Positions 1-9,268 of a stretch of 64,000 nt of DNA are shown here, piece after piece. Source of the DNA: a virus; IMG/VR virus record IMGVR_UViG_3300025115_000003, positions 21,694 through 85,693 of that record, one strand, 5' to 3'. A program made the translations under genes and the position numbers. Position 1 is the stretch's first letter, and every line of letters starts with the position of its first letter. The notes under the pieces were generated by a model. That model did no database searches. It was not told the origin of the DNA and was given only the letters and a program-made list of their open reading frames with translations.

Positions 1-37
1 AAAATGTGAAAACATTATTTCAGTAAATGTATGTCAT

Positions 38-229
38 ATGACGATGTTTGAAAAACATGAGATATGTTTGCATTTTAATGGTATGGGTAATATGATATCC
101 GAAGATCAAATAAAATTTTTGGAAGTATGTATCAAAAACCACATATTGGTTGAAGTTCAAGGTCATGAAGTTACAATAATTCCCGAACCTAAGAACTTTC
201 AAAGAGTTAGATTTCGTTTTGATTCTTAA
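38..229 (+). CDS. hypothetical protein (63 aa)
   Basis: ORF co-oriented with downstream genes; no motif. Confidence 0.5.
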   Translation: MTMFEKHEICLHFNGMGNMISEDQIKFLEVCIKNHILVEVQGHEVTIIPEPKNFQRVRFRFDS

Positions 230-420
230 TAAAGAATGCTAACAAGTTTGGAGTGTGCGAAAACCTTTTCGACCTTTTATGGATTGGAAATAATAATGAA
301 TAATTATTGCACATAATTCTATTTCCAAATAAGTTAGAGTTAATCGTAAACATAGGGATATATACTTATGTGATAAGATTAACTTCCATTCAACATAGAT
401 AGAGTGGACATTCTTTTTAT

Positions 421-494
421 AATCTCATAGTTTAAACTGGTTATAATATTAGCTTTTATAGTTAAAGTTTCAGGTTCGATTCCTGATGAGATTG
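421..494 (+). tRNA. degenerate tRNA / tRNA-like gene; loop TTTTATA gives nominal anticodon TTA (possibly a pseudo-tRNA)
   Basis: Acceptor AATCTCA(421-427)/TGAGATT(487-493); T-arm TCAGG-TTCGATT-CCTGA; anticodon stem TTAGC/GTTAA with 7-nt loop 454-460; D-loop GG present but D-stem weak; U at position 37 is non-canonical; no encoded CCA. Confidence 0.7.
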
Positions 495-529
495 CAATCT
501 ATTAAATTATTAATTTAATACTTAAAGTT

Positions 530-919
530 ATGCCATTTATTTCAAATCAAGATTTAAAACTTATTAATATTCACATAGATGAATTAAATAAGTTAATTGC
601 TGATAGAATACAGGATTTAATTAAAACCTTTACACAAAATGCAATTAAATCTATTAGCGCTAAAGCAAAAGAATATGCTGAAGTAGATATATCTAAAGCT
701 ATTGATTCCATCAGTATTGAAGAAGAAAGATTATCTCGACATACTTATTTTGCTTTAGGCGCTGGTAGTAAAGAAGCATTTAATTATAATTTTATTAAAT
801 CTGAATTGTTATTTGTTGAATTAATTACTATTGTTAGTAAACAAGAACAATTAGAAGAAAACATAAATGCATTTTATAGTTGGTTTATCCAAAAATTAAA
901 AGAAAATGAAAAAGATTAA
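530..919 (+). CDS. hypothetical protein (129 aa)
   Basis: ORF with A/T-rich leader; overlaps next gene. Confidence 0.75.
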   Translation: MPFISNQDLKLINIHIDELNKLIADRIQDLIKTFTQNAIKSISAKAKEYAEVDISKAIDSISIEEERLSRHTYFALGAGSKEAFNYNFIKSELLFVELITIVSKQEQLEENINAFYSWFIQKLKENEKD

Positions 920-1184
920 AGACGTACTTGAGGCAATTACAATAAGAGATGCCATAAATGGTAATCATATAACTGTTACAGATTTAGTAGGAGCAATTCT
1001 TCCAGATAATACCTTTAGAAAAGCCATTCCTGCTAAATTCATGTTTGTTATTTTTATAAAGGATAAGACTAAGTATTATTCTCAACATTATAATACAAAG
1101 GAAGATTTATTCTTTGCTATGTATGATGTTGTAAAAATTCACGGTAAAGAAAATGTTACACATATAAAAATCGAAGAAGTATGA
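906..1184 (+). CDS. hypothetical protein (92 aa)
   Basis: Packed ORF, ATGA overlap with next gene. Confidence 0.75.
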   Translation: MKKIKDVLEAITIRDAINGNHITVTDLVGAILPDNTFRKAIPAKFMFVIFIKDKTKYYSQHYNTKEDLFFAMYDVVKIHGKENVTHIKIEEV

Positions 1185-1684
1185 TAGGAACAATAAAAGC
1201 ATTTCCTGTAACAGGAAAAATCAAAGAAGGAGTAACTGTACTAACTTCTGAAGGGGAAGTAGTAAAAGTCACTGAAGTAAAGGACAACATTGTAGTTTGT
1301 GCAAATGATAAAAGTTATTCCTTAAGTGTAGTTACATTAATAAAAAAATATGTAGTAAATCGCAATAAAATTGCAGAATTACATTTTAGCGATTACCAAT
1401 TATCTTTGGATAAAAAGGTTGAAGTAGCTACAAAGGAATCTTTAGTTAATGGTTTCATAGGAGACCACGTGAGAATCTTTAAAGTATCTGCTGATATGTT
1501 AAATTCAGATGAGTATTTAAAGATTGAACCTATTAACGGTGTTATTGTTGATATTGGTGATAATATGTATGAGGTTGAAACAATCTATGGTAAGAAGTTT
1601 AAAGTAAGGCGACATTACTTTGAAATTCTTACACGTAAGAATACTAAATTAGTTGGTAAATATATACGTGATGTTGACATTTAA
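1181..1684 (+). CDS. hypothetical beta-rich protein, possibly tandem SH3/KOW-like domains
   Basis: Packed ORF; Val/Gly-rich beta-strand pattern. Confidence 0.7.
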   Translation: MIGTIKAFPVTGKIKEGVTVLTSEGEVVKVTEVKDNIVVCANDKSYSLSVVTLIKKYVVNRNKIAELHFSDYQLSLDKKVEVATKESLVNGFIGDHVRIFKVSADMLNSDEYLKIEPINGVIVDIGDNMYEVETIYGKKFKVRRHYFEILTRKNTKLVGKYIRDVDI

Positions 1685-1997
1685 AGATAATGTAAAAGAA
1701 AACACTCCCAAAGAATATACTATTGGTATAGTTGTATATATTGAAAATGTATTTTATGCTAATGTCAAAGATACTTTGTATGAAATAGATTATCAAATAT
1801 GTAATTATACCACTGTATATAGCAAACCTAACAACGATAAATATTCTGCTTGGACAGAAAAGAAAAATAAAATTATTTCTAATTCCAAAGCAGAAGTTTA
1901 TTGGAGTCCATTTAAACCTGGTATGAGAATACAAGGTAATATAATTAAAAACAAATTTGTAGAAAAGAAAAGTAAAATTAAAAAGCCATGCAAATAA
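1671..1997 (+). CDS. hypothetical protein (start likely MLTFKD)
   Basis: Packed ORF; the ATG at 1671 overlaps the upstream stop. Confidence 0.65.
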   Translation: MLTFKDNVKENTPKEYTIGIVVYIENVFYANVKDTLYEIDYQICNYTTVYSKPNNDKYSAWTEKKNKIISNSKAEVYWSPFKPGMRIQGNIIKNKFVEKKSKIKKPCK

Positions 1998-2236
1998 CAA
2001 AAATTGTAATCACTAAAAGGAAAGAAGCATTTCCGCTAATAGATGTAACTGTTAAATATTGGGGTTTTATCCCTGTTTCTTATCGCTCTATTAAAATACG
2101 TACTCGTAAAAATCGAGTATGGGAGAGTGTTTTTGGTCAAGTAGGCACAAACCGTGCCAAAAAGATTACTGCTTTATACGATGCCCGAATTGAGGATCAG
2201 TTTAAAGGAGTAATATTTATTGATAAAACAAAATAA
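1988..2236 (+). CDS. hypothetical basic protein (82 aa)
   Basis: Packed ORF followed by a terminator. Confidence 0.7.
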   Translation: MQITKIVITKRKEAFPLIDVTVKYWGFIPVSYRSIKIRTRKNRVWESVFGQVGTNRAKKITALYDARIEDQFKGVIFIDKTK

Positions 2237-2268
2237 TCCTAAGTTGTTCTTTGTATAGGGAGTGGGGA

Positions 2269-2304
2269 TAAGGGAGGAGTAGGATTATCCTCCCTTACTT
2301 TTTA
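2269..2304 (+). terminator. Rho-independent terminator
   Basis: TAAGGGAGGA-N9-TCCTCCCTTA followed by CTTTTTT. Confidence 0.75.
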
Positions 2305-2324
2305 ATCTAATAATAATTAAAATC

Positions 2325-2570
2325 ATGAGAACCTATTTATTACTTATAACAATAATGTTAATTGTTATGTATCTTATAGTTAACTATAATAAAGATAAAA
2401 ATATAGAAAGAGAACATCAAAAGAAAATGAATGAGTTGAAGTATCTACAAAAGGCGCAAGATATAAAAACCAGTATTCAATTAAAATTGGATATAATGGA
2501 ATTAGACAGTATAATCAATGAGAGTAGGAAAAGAATGGAGTATACTGTTAGCGTTACGACAGCAAAATGA
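2325..2570 (+). CDS. small membrane-anchored coiled-coil protein (81 aa)
   Basis: N-terminal hydrophobic helix YLLLITIMLIVMYLIV followed by a charged heptad region. Confidence 0.75.
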   Translation: MRTYLLLITIMLIVMYLIVNYNKDKNIEREHQKKMNELKYLQKAQDIKTSIQLKLDIMELDSIINESRKRMEYTVSVTTAK

Positions 2571-2592
2571 GGTTGACCCCCCATGTGCATCA

Positions 2593-2609
2593 TCTTATCC
2601 TATGGGTTT
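2593..2609. repeat. copy 1 of dispersed motif TCTTATCCTATGGGTTT
   Basis: Identical to 24539-24555; its 16-bp core is the reverse complement of 24447-24462. Confidence 0.85.
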
Positions 2610-2662
2610 TGGGAAGTAAGATAACTTATTAAATAACAAAATGATTTTAAATTGATACAAAA

Positions 2663-2767
2663 ATGAAAACTTTTCTTATAGTTTTTTTAGTAATATTTGC
2701 TATTGTAATGTTATTCAATTCTGATAAATTTAATAATGATGACAACGAAGGATTTTATAATAGCTAA
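2663..2767 (+). CDS. small membrane peptide (34 aa, MKTFLIVFLVIFAIVMLFNSDKFNNDDNEGFYNS); not in the ORF track
   Basis: Read directly; A-rich leader, one TM helix, overlaps next gene. Confidence 0.55.
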   Translation: MKTFLIVFLVIFAIVMLFNSDKFNNDDNEGFYNS

Positions 2768-3095
2768 CAAAGATATAGTTAAAGATTTTTTAGAATGGTT
2801 AACTACTAATTCTAATTTAACTGTACTTTTACCCATGCCAATAGAAACAATTATTGGTTATGCTATTAAATACTTAGCTACTAAAAATTTATCTTATATA
2901 TGTGATCTTAATAGTATAATTGTATATTATCTTGATCCTAAATTAGTAGTTAATATATTATTAGCCAAACATGCTGAAACTGGAAAGTTTAATGATATAG
3001 CATATGAACTATTCAATATTAATTCTCCAGATATAGTAACATCTCATTTAAAAGCAATTGAATTTTTACTTAATAAACTTAATAATCCTTTTTAA
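2736..3095 (+). CDS. hypothetical protein (119 aa)
   Basis: Packed ORF. Confidence 0.75.
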   Translation: MMTTKDFIIANKDIVKDFLEWLTTNSNLTVLLPMPIETIIGYAIKYLATKNLSYICDLNSIIVYYLDPKLVVNILLAKHAETGKFNDIAYELFNINSPDIVTSHLKAIEFLLNKLNNPF

Positions 3096-3096
3096 T

Positions 3097-3279
3097 ATGG
3101 TAGGAAGAAATGAAGCATTTTACAAAGTATTAAATGCAATCAAAAGTTGTGAAATAATACAACAATTGGATTCAGCATATAAATTTATAATGAATTATTA
3201 TAAATTATATGATGATATATCCAGTTATGAGTTATTAGTTTTTGAATATAATAATAAAGCTAAGGAGTTAGAGACATGA
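3097..3279 (+). CDS. small hypothetical helical protein (start MVGRNE)
   Basis: The ATG follows the upstream stop; ATGA overlap with next gene. Confidence 0.65.
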   Translation: MVGRNEAFYKVLNAIKSCEIIQQLDSAYKFIMNYYKLYDDISSYELLVFEYNNKAKELET

Positions 3280-3673
3280 GACTAATTAACCTATCAGATA
3301 CTCACTACATAGTTGTAGATTATTCTAAGATAAAAGAAGGTGATTGGTTCTTTTTAGATATGTCTGAAAATAATCGCCCACATGAAATACATCAAATGGG
3401 TAACAATAAATGGTCGAAGACGGGGGGATTAATTTTACTCAACCCTCAGCTTGGACAAGGTGCTGTTTTAAAATCACTCATTCAACTCAACCATTAGAAA
3501 TAACTAAAATACCTTCCAAAAGTGCTAACATACAAAAAGTATCTTGGGGTAAAATTAAACCACTTTCTCTATCAGAAATAGAAAAAGCTATTAAAAACAA
3601 TCCTTCTGAAAATAATCAATGGAATATTTATTTTGATGAAAATAATAAAATAAATTTGGAAATGTTAAAATAA
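3276..3673 (+). pseudogene. phage hypothetical protein split by a frameshift at a G6 tract (3422-3427)
   Basis: ORFs 3276-3497 and 3410-3673 join into ...KWSKTGG|INFTQ...CCFKITHSTQPLE... with one extra G or a -1 shift. Confidence 0.6.
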
Positions 3674-3686
3674 TGTAGTATATTTG
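3655..3686 (+). promoter_or_regulatory. Bacteroidota primary-sigma promoter (-33 TTTG / -7 TATATTTG)
   Basis: TTTG 3655-3658, 20-nt spacer, TATATTTG 3679-3686. Confidence 0.75.
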
Positions 3687-3740
3687 TAGTATAAAATACT
3701 ATAATTATGCTAGAAGTATTTACTCGTAAAAATAAATAAC

Positions 3741-4034
3741 ATGAATAAACCTACTATAACTTTGAATACTATTGCTTATTATCTCAATACTATAGATTCT
3801 TACAAAGTTGAGGCTTTTGAAGATGGATTTCTTCATTCTATTCGTAAAGATGATTTTTCGATTTATATATCTGAAATGACTTGGGAACTTAACGGACAAG
3901 TTGAACATGATTATGTAGTAATAATATTTAAAACAGTAAACAAACTACCTGGATATGCAGGAAAGTTAAAGTTTGTAATGGAAAAGTTAAAAGAATTGTG
4001 TAGTACAATAACGCCAAATGAAGTTTTAAAATAA
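3741..4034 (+). CDS. hypothetical protein (97 aa)
   Basis: ORF downstream of the promoter. Confidence 0.75.
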   Translation: MNKPTITLNTIAYYLNTIDSYKVEAFEDGFLHSIRKDDFSIYISEMTWELNGQVEHDYVVIIFKTVNKLPGYAGKLKFVMEKLKELCSTITPNEVLK

Positions 4035-4039
4035 ATAAT

Positions 4040-4291
4040 ATGGAAACTATAAATTTTAGTAAAATAGAAAATAGAGTAGATTATACATCACTTGATAAAA
4101 CCAAAGCTATTTCGGCAGAAGGTGAATTATTTACCATTGGAGATGTAGTTCAACATGAAGTTGAAGAAGCTGGAACAGCTACGATAAAATCCTTTAGTTT
4201 TGATTATGAAACTAATGATGTAATTGCTAATACTGAAAAAGGTTCAGTCAGAATTTGTTTTATTACTAAAGTTAAACAAGAAGATATATAA
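4040..4291 (+). CDS. hypothetical protein, SH3-like beta barrel (83 aa)
   Basis: FTIGDVVQH...GTATIKSF pattern. Confidence 0.7.
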   Translation: METINFSKIENRVDYTSLDKTKAISAEGELFTIGDVVQHEVEEAGTATIKSFSFDYETNDVIANTEKGSVRICFITKVKQEDI

Positions 4292-4369
4292 ATGACATGG
4301 AATACAAAGTAACACCAGTAGAAGATAAAAGACCTATTGATTATTCAACTAAAGACTTAATAGATAAAT

Positions 4370-4609
4370 ATGAGAATCATACGCACCTCTTTAAATAATG
4401 TACTTTCTTTAATTTCTTGTGCAGTAGATTATGGATTTGATGATATTATATTGTTTGAAGCACTTGCTGATATGTTAGATAATAATCTTAGTGATCAGGA
4501 GATAGAAGTATATGCCAAACATATAGAATCTTTAGAAGGATATAGTAAAAAAGACTATAAAGAGATTAAAGATAGATTGATTGATTTTAGAAATAATTAT
4601 TGTAAATAA
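4370..4609 (+). CDS. hypothetical protein (79 aa; may extend to the ATG at 4297 via a frameshift)
   Basis: ORF; an upstream out-of-frame ORF (4297-4398) fills the gap. Confidence 0.6.
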   Translation: MRIIRTSLNNVLSLISCAVDYGFDDIILFEALADMLDNNLSDQEIEVYAKHIESLEGYSKKDYKEIKDRLIDFRNNYCK

Positions 4610-4622
4610 TTTAATTTGATTT

Positions 4623-6056
4623 ATGAAATTAATACCTGTTAATAGTACTAATCTAAAAGAAGATCAGAGATTATTAGTTGAAGATATAACTAAATTCTTT
4701 GAATCCAAAAAGTTATCTTATACTATATCAGGATTTGCTGGAACAGGTAAATCTTTTGTAGTTAAATATATTATAGATAACTTATTATCTGGAAACAAAG
4801 TAGCTGTAACTGCACCTACTCACAAAGCTGTTAGAGTAATTGAAAAGTTTACTGGTAAATCTGGTCATACTCTACATAGTTTACATGGTCTTAGACCTAA
4901 TTTTAGTCTTGATGAATTTAGTATTGATTCTTTTACTTTTGAATCTATTGGTAATGTTAAATTTGATCAATATGAAGTAATATTCATAGACGAAGCCAGT
5001 ATGATAAATGAAGATTTAAAGAAATTAAATGATATTAGATCGAAAGATTATGATACTCGAATTGTATATATGGGTGATCCTTATCAATTACCTCCAGTTA
5101 AAGAACATGAACCTTCTAAAATATTTACTAAAGTAGATAATTATTATAATCTTACTGAAGTAATTAGACAAGATAAAAGCAATCCATTACTTGAACTGTT
5201 TGATATGCTTAGGGAAGATATTGGAAATGATACTGCTAATTTTATAAATCATATTAAAAAACATAGGCAAGCAGTAGTTACTGGGGGATATATAGTACTT
5301 AGTGGAAAAGATTTCTTTTTAAAAGCAGTAGATCATTTTTTAAGTGAAGAGTTTAAAAAGAATGTAAATTATTGTAGAATTGGTACATATACTAATGACA
5401 GTATAGCTGAATGGAATAAAGCTATAAGAAGTAGAATATTTCCAAATGCACCGTTGATTGTAAAAGATGATGTATTAACAGCTTATAAAACCATTGTTGA
5501 TGATAACAATGCTACAGTCATTACTAATTCTACTGATTACAGAGTAATGGATGTAATATGGAGATTAAATGATGATGGTTTTTATAGTTATCATTTAAAA
5601 GTATTAGATTTAGATGTTAATAAAATGATATTTATCTCTATTGCAGATCATACAAATCCAACTTTTAAAGTTTATTATGATAAATTAAATAAATTACATA
5701 GATTAGCTTATCATGCTGGTAAACATGAGAGGGCTGTAAAATATAAAGAATATTTTAAATATAAAGATAAATATCTTTGTATGGTAGATTTTACTTTAAA
5801 AGATGCAGGTTCTCATTATGATAGAGGTTGGGTTAAAAAGGAAATAGATTATGGCTATGCTATATCTATTCATAAATCACAAGGTAGTACTTTTGAAAAT
5901 ATATTTATTGATGCTCGTAATATATGTTATATGAAAAGTAATGCTAATTTACCAAGAATTAATTCACAAAATAATCCTTATGCTATTTCATTAAGAAATA
6001 GATTATTGTATACAGGATTAAGTAGAGCAAGTAATATTGTTTATATATTTATATAA
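4623..6056 (+). CDS. SF1B DNA helicase (RecD/Dda-like)
   Basis: Walker A GFAGTGKS, APTHKA, IDEASM, GDPYQLPP, HKSQGS, LYTGLSRA. Confidence 0.92.
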   Translation: MKLIPVNSTNLKEDQRLLVEDITKFFESKKLSYTISGFAGTGKSFVVKYIIDNLLSGNKVAVTAPTHKAVRVIEKFTGKSGHTLHSLHGLRPNFSLDEFSIDSFTFESIGNVKFDQYEVIFIDEASMINEDLKKLNDIRSKDYDTRIVYMGDPYQLPPVKEHEPSKIFTKVDNYYNLTEVIRQDKSNPLLELFDMLREDIGNDTANFINHIKKHRQAVVTGGYIVLSGKDFFLKAVDHFLSEEFKKNVNYCRIGTYTNDSIAEWNKAIRSRIFPNAPLIVKDDVLTAYKTIVDDNNATVITNSTDYRVMDVIWRLNDDGFYSYHLKVLDLDVNKMIFISIADHTNPTFKVYYDKLNKLHRLAYHAGKHERAVKYKEYFKYKDKYLCMVDFTLKDAGSHYDRGWVKKEIDYGYAISIHKSQGSTFENIFIDARNICYMKSNANLPRINSQNNPYAISLRNRLLYTGLSRASNIVYIFI

Positions 6057-6057
6057 T

Positions 6058-6285
6058 ATGGAATCAACATTAAAAGATAAAATTAAAAAGATTACAGAAG
6101 ATCATTTAACTGATGATGAAGTTAATGAGATTTGTAAATTAGCTAAAGATACAGCTATTAGATTTGATCATTTTGCTACTATGTCATATGTATCTATTAT
6201 TGATAAATATAGAGCTAATGGTAAAAAGTATACAATAGAAGAATTATTTGATGTTTTTGTAAATACTAAAAAAGATGAAGGATAG
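6058..6285 (+). CDS. hypothetical protein (start likely MESTLK)
   Basis: The ATG directly follows the helicase stop. Confidence 0.65.
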   Translation: MESTLKDKIKKITEDHLTDDEVNEICKLAKDTAIRFDHFATMSYVSIIDKYRANGKKYTIEELFDVFVNTKKDEG

Positions 6286-6832
6286 AGTAGTAATTCATAA
6301 TTGTTATAAATGTGACATATCTTTAACAAGAAGAAAGATTGTTAATGGAAGAGGTCCAAATACTTCTAAAGTTATGATAATAGGTGAAGCACCTGGAGCA
6401 GAAGAAGATAAAACTGGAATACCTTTTATAGGTAAATCTGGAGTTATGCTAAGAGCCTTACTAAGATCGTTAATGATAGAACCTAAAAATGTTTATATTA
6501 CTAATGTAATTAAATGTAGGACTTTGAACAATAGAATACCTTCTGAAATAGAATGTATGAATTGTCTTCCTTATTTATTAGCAGAAATAGTATTAGTTAA
6601 TCCTACAGTAATTGTATTGTTAGGTAATACAGCTTTACAAACTTTCTTTCCTGATCCTTATTCTACTATTACTAAACAAAGAGGTATTCTTAAGGTAATA
6701 GGTAATAGAATATTTCTTCCGACATATCATCCTTCTTATGTATTAAGAAATAGGAATGATATGGGTATTGCAACTGAATTTTGGAATGATTTAACTTTAT
6801 TACAAACTCTTATGCAATTAATATATAAATAA
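6275..6832 (+). CDS. uracil-DNA glycosylase, family 4 (Fe-S)
   Basis: CxxC, GEAPG, PFIGKSG, TNVIKC, HPSY motifs. Confidence 0.92.
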   Translation: MKDRVVIHNCYKCDISLTRRKIVNGRGPNTSKVMIIGEAPGAEEDKTGIPFIGKSGVMLRALLRSLMIEPKNVYITNVIKCRTLNNRIPSEIECMNCLPYLLAEIVLVNPTVIVLLGNTALQTFFPDPYSTITKQRGILKVIGNRIFLPTYHPSYVLRNRNDMGIATEFWNDLTLLQTLMQLIYK

Positions 6833-7143
6833 TGACTAAAGTAATAGATAAAGGATTAACCCCTGAAGCTATAGAAGTTTTAAAAAATTATAGAAGAGAA
6901 GATCATCCTTATGTAACATGGTATTTAATTACTGGTTATTCTATTGATTTATATAGATATGTCCATGAGGATAATTCTATGTTAATTGAAGTAATCGAAG
7001 GAATTATTCCTTTAGAAGATACAATAGAGGTTTATCGTTCTCTTGCTTATTCTTTGTTCTTTAGTTATAATTCAAATTATAATTGGAAAATAGATTTAGT
7101 ATATGATGATAATGTGAGCTTTGATGATTTAATACTTAATTAA
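6832..7143 (+). CDS. hypothetical protein (103 aa)
   Basis: TAATG-coupled ORF. Confidence 0.7.
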   Translation: MTKVIDKGLTPEAIEVLKNYRREDHPYVTWYLITGYSIDLYRYVHEDNSMLIEVIEGIIPLEDTIEVYRSLAYSLFFSYNSNYNWKIDLVYDDNVSFDDLILN

Positions 7144-7144
7144 T

Positions 7145-9268
7145 ATGGCTAATTATATATTTGATGTTGAATGTATTCCTAATTTATTTTCTGTTATTTT
7201 TATTAAATCTGGTCAAACAGCTTTGATTAAAGATCACATCGAAGCCGATATAAAAGGATTAACTAATGAAATGAATACTATTTTAAATAAAATACGAAAA
7301 GAAGTATTTGTTATATTTTGGCAAGATGAGAATCACATGATAAACGATTTAGACAGATTATATAATTGGGTAACTAATAAAGGAACAGATAAAGAAAGAA
7401 TCTTTATAGGTTATAATAGTCAGAATTATGATAATATAATGATAGATTATATTATTACTCACTATAAGACTCTAAAGAAGATGCACTTAGCTGATATGCT
7501 CATTAAATTAAAAGAAATAAATGATTATATCATAGATTCCCAACAGATGTTTTTTGATATTAGGACAGAATTAGAATTAAATAAAAAGAGTTATTATTAT
7601 GCTGTAGATTTACAAAGTTTGAATAATTTACATAAGATTTCAAATAGAGTAAGTTTAAAGCAAGCAAGTATATCTTTAAAATGGTATAAACTTGAAGATT
7701 ATGAAATGCCCCCATATACAGATCAACAAGTAGAAGATTTATACGGATGGGATGTTACAGCAGAAGAAGTTAACTCTTTAAATAGTTTTAGTAGAAAAGT
7801 ACATTATTCTGAATTAAATCATTTAATATCTTATAACTATAATGATGTATTTATAACCAATGCTTTATTTGAAGCAAGCTTTGATGAATTATCCTCAAGA
7901 GTTGCAGCTTATAGTAAGTATGGTATGTATATGTATAGTTCTCCAAGAAGTGGTGTAGCTGAAAAAGTTATTAGGCATTTATATGCTCAATATACTGGTT
8001 TAGAATATAGAGATTTTGTTAATCAAAGAACTTGGAGAAAGATAATTAATTTTTCTGATATAGTAACTTCCAATGTATCTTTTAAAACTGTTAAGATGCA
8101 AGAGTTTTTAAAAGAAATAAAGAGGTTTTCTATTAATCCTTATGATCCTAAATCTAAAATGAAATTAAGTATCAACTTAAATGATAAACTGTATATCATG
8201 GGAGTTGGAGGATTACATTCTAAAGATTTAGGGGGAGTATTTAAATCAACAGAAAATTACATTATATTAGATGTTGATGCTGATTCATATTATCCTAAAA
8301 CAATAGTAAATAATAAATTTAAACCTGCTCATTTATCTGTAGTAATATTAACCATTATTAAAACTTTATTAGACGAGAGATTATATTACAAAAGGATTAA
8401 AGATAAAATAAATGCAAGTATACAGAAAATTGTAATAAATGCTATATTTGGTAAGATGGGAGATGCCGATAGTATTATGAAAGATGATCTTGCCATGTAT
8501 GCAGTTACAGTTAATAATCAATTATATTTGCTAATGTTGATTGAAGATTTTATATTAGCAGGAATTGAACCCATTAGTGCTAATACGGATGGTATTACTT
8601 GCAAAGTTAAAGTAGATCAGGTTGAAATTTATAATAAAACTATAAATAATTGGTGTAACAGATTAGGATTTACAGTAGAAGTGAATAGGTATGATCTTTA
8701 TGTTCGTACTTCAGTTAATGACTATTTAGCTAAAATTAATAATAACGGTAAGATAGAAATTAAAAGAAAAGGTGATTTTGATAAAGAGAAGTATAAAGAA
8801 TTAAGTTCGGGTTATTCTTATCCGATAGTACCAACTGCTATTGAAGAATATTACTTGAATGGTATTCCAATTAGACAAACTTTATATGAAGCAACAGATA
8901 TTTTAGATTTTTGTTTATCGGTTAAAACTGGTAAGAATTTTAAGAATGAATTTCACTATATAGATAAAACTACAGGTGAATTAGCTATTAAACCTCTAAC
9001 AAAACATTTAAGATATTATGCTTCTACATCAGGAGGAACTTTACTTAAAAGGAATTTAGAAACAAATGCTTTAACTAATATATTAAGTGGGCAAAATGTT
9101 ACTATTCTCAATAAGTTACTCCCTATTACTGATATTAGAGATTATAATATAAATTATAATTTTTATATTAGTAAATGTCAAGATATGATAGATAAAATAA
9201 ATAACAGTCAAACAAAAACTATGAAAAAACATAGTGGAACATTATTTGATAATTTAGACGATGAGTGA
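7145..9268 (+). CDS. polB: DNA polymerase family B with 3'-5' exonuclease
   Basis: ExoI FDVE, ExoII YNSQNYD, ExoIII YNYNDV; motif A DADSYYP, motif B KIVINAIFGK, motif C NTDG. Confidence 0.92.
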   Translation: MANYIFDVECIPNLFSVIFIKSGQTALIKDHIEADIKGLTNEMNTILNKIRKEVFVIFWQDENHMINDLDRLYNWVTNKGTDKERIFIGYNSQNYDNIMIDYIITHYKTLKKMHLADMLIKLKEINDYIIDSQQMFFDIRTELELNKKSYYYAVDLQSLNNLHKISNRVSLKQASISLKWYKLEDYEMPPYTDQQVEDLYGWDVTAEEVNSLNSFSRKVHYSELNHLISYNYNDVFITNALFEASFDELSSRVAAYSKYGMYMYSSPRSGVAEKVIRHLYAQYTGLEYRDFVNQRTWRKIINFSDIVTSNVSFKTVKMQEFLKEIKRFSINPYDPKSKMKLSINLNDKLYIMGVGGLHSKDLGGVFKSTENYIILDVDADSYYPKTIVNNKFKPAHLSVVILTIIKTLLDERLYYKRIKDKINASIQKIVINAIFGKMGDADSIMKDDLAMYAVTVNNQLYLLMLIEDFILAGIEPISANTDGITCKVKVDQVEIYNKTINNWCNRLGFTVEVNRYDLYVRTSVNDYLAKINNNGKIEIKRKGDFDKEKYKELSSGYSYPIVPTAIEEYYLNGIPIRQTLYEATDILDFCLSVKTGKNFKNEFHYIDKTTGELAIKPLTKHLRYYASTSGGTLLKRNLETNALTNILSGQNVTILNKLLPITDIRDYNINYNFYISKCQDMIDKINNSQTKTMKKHSGTLFDNLDDE

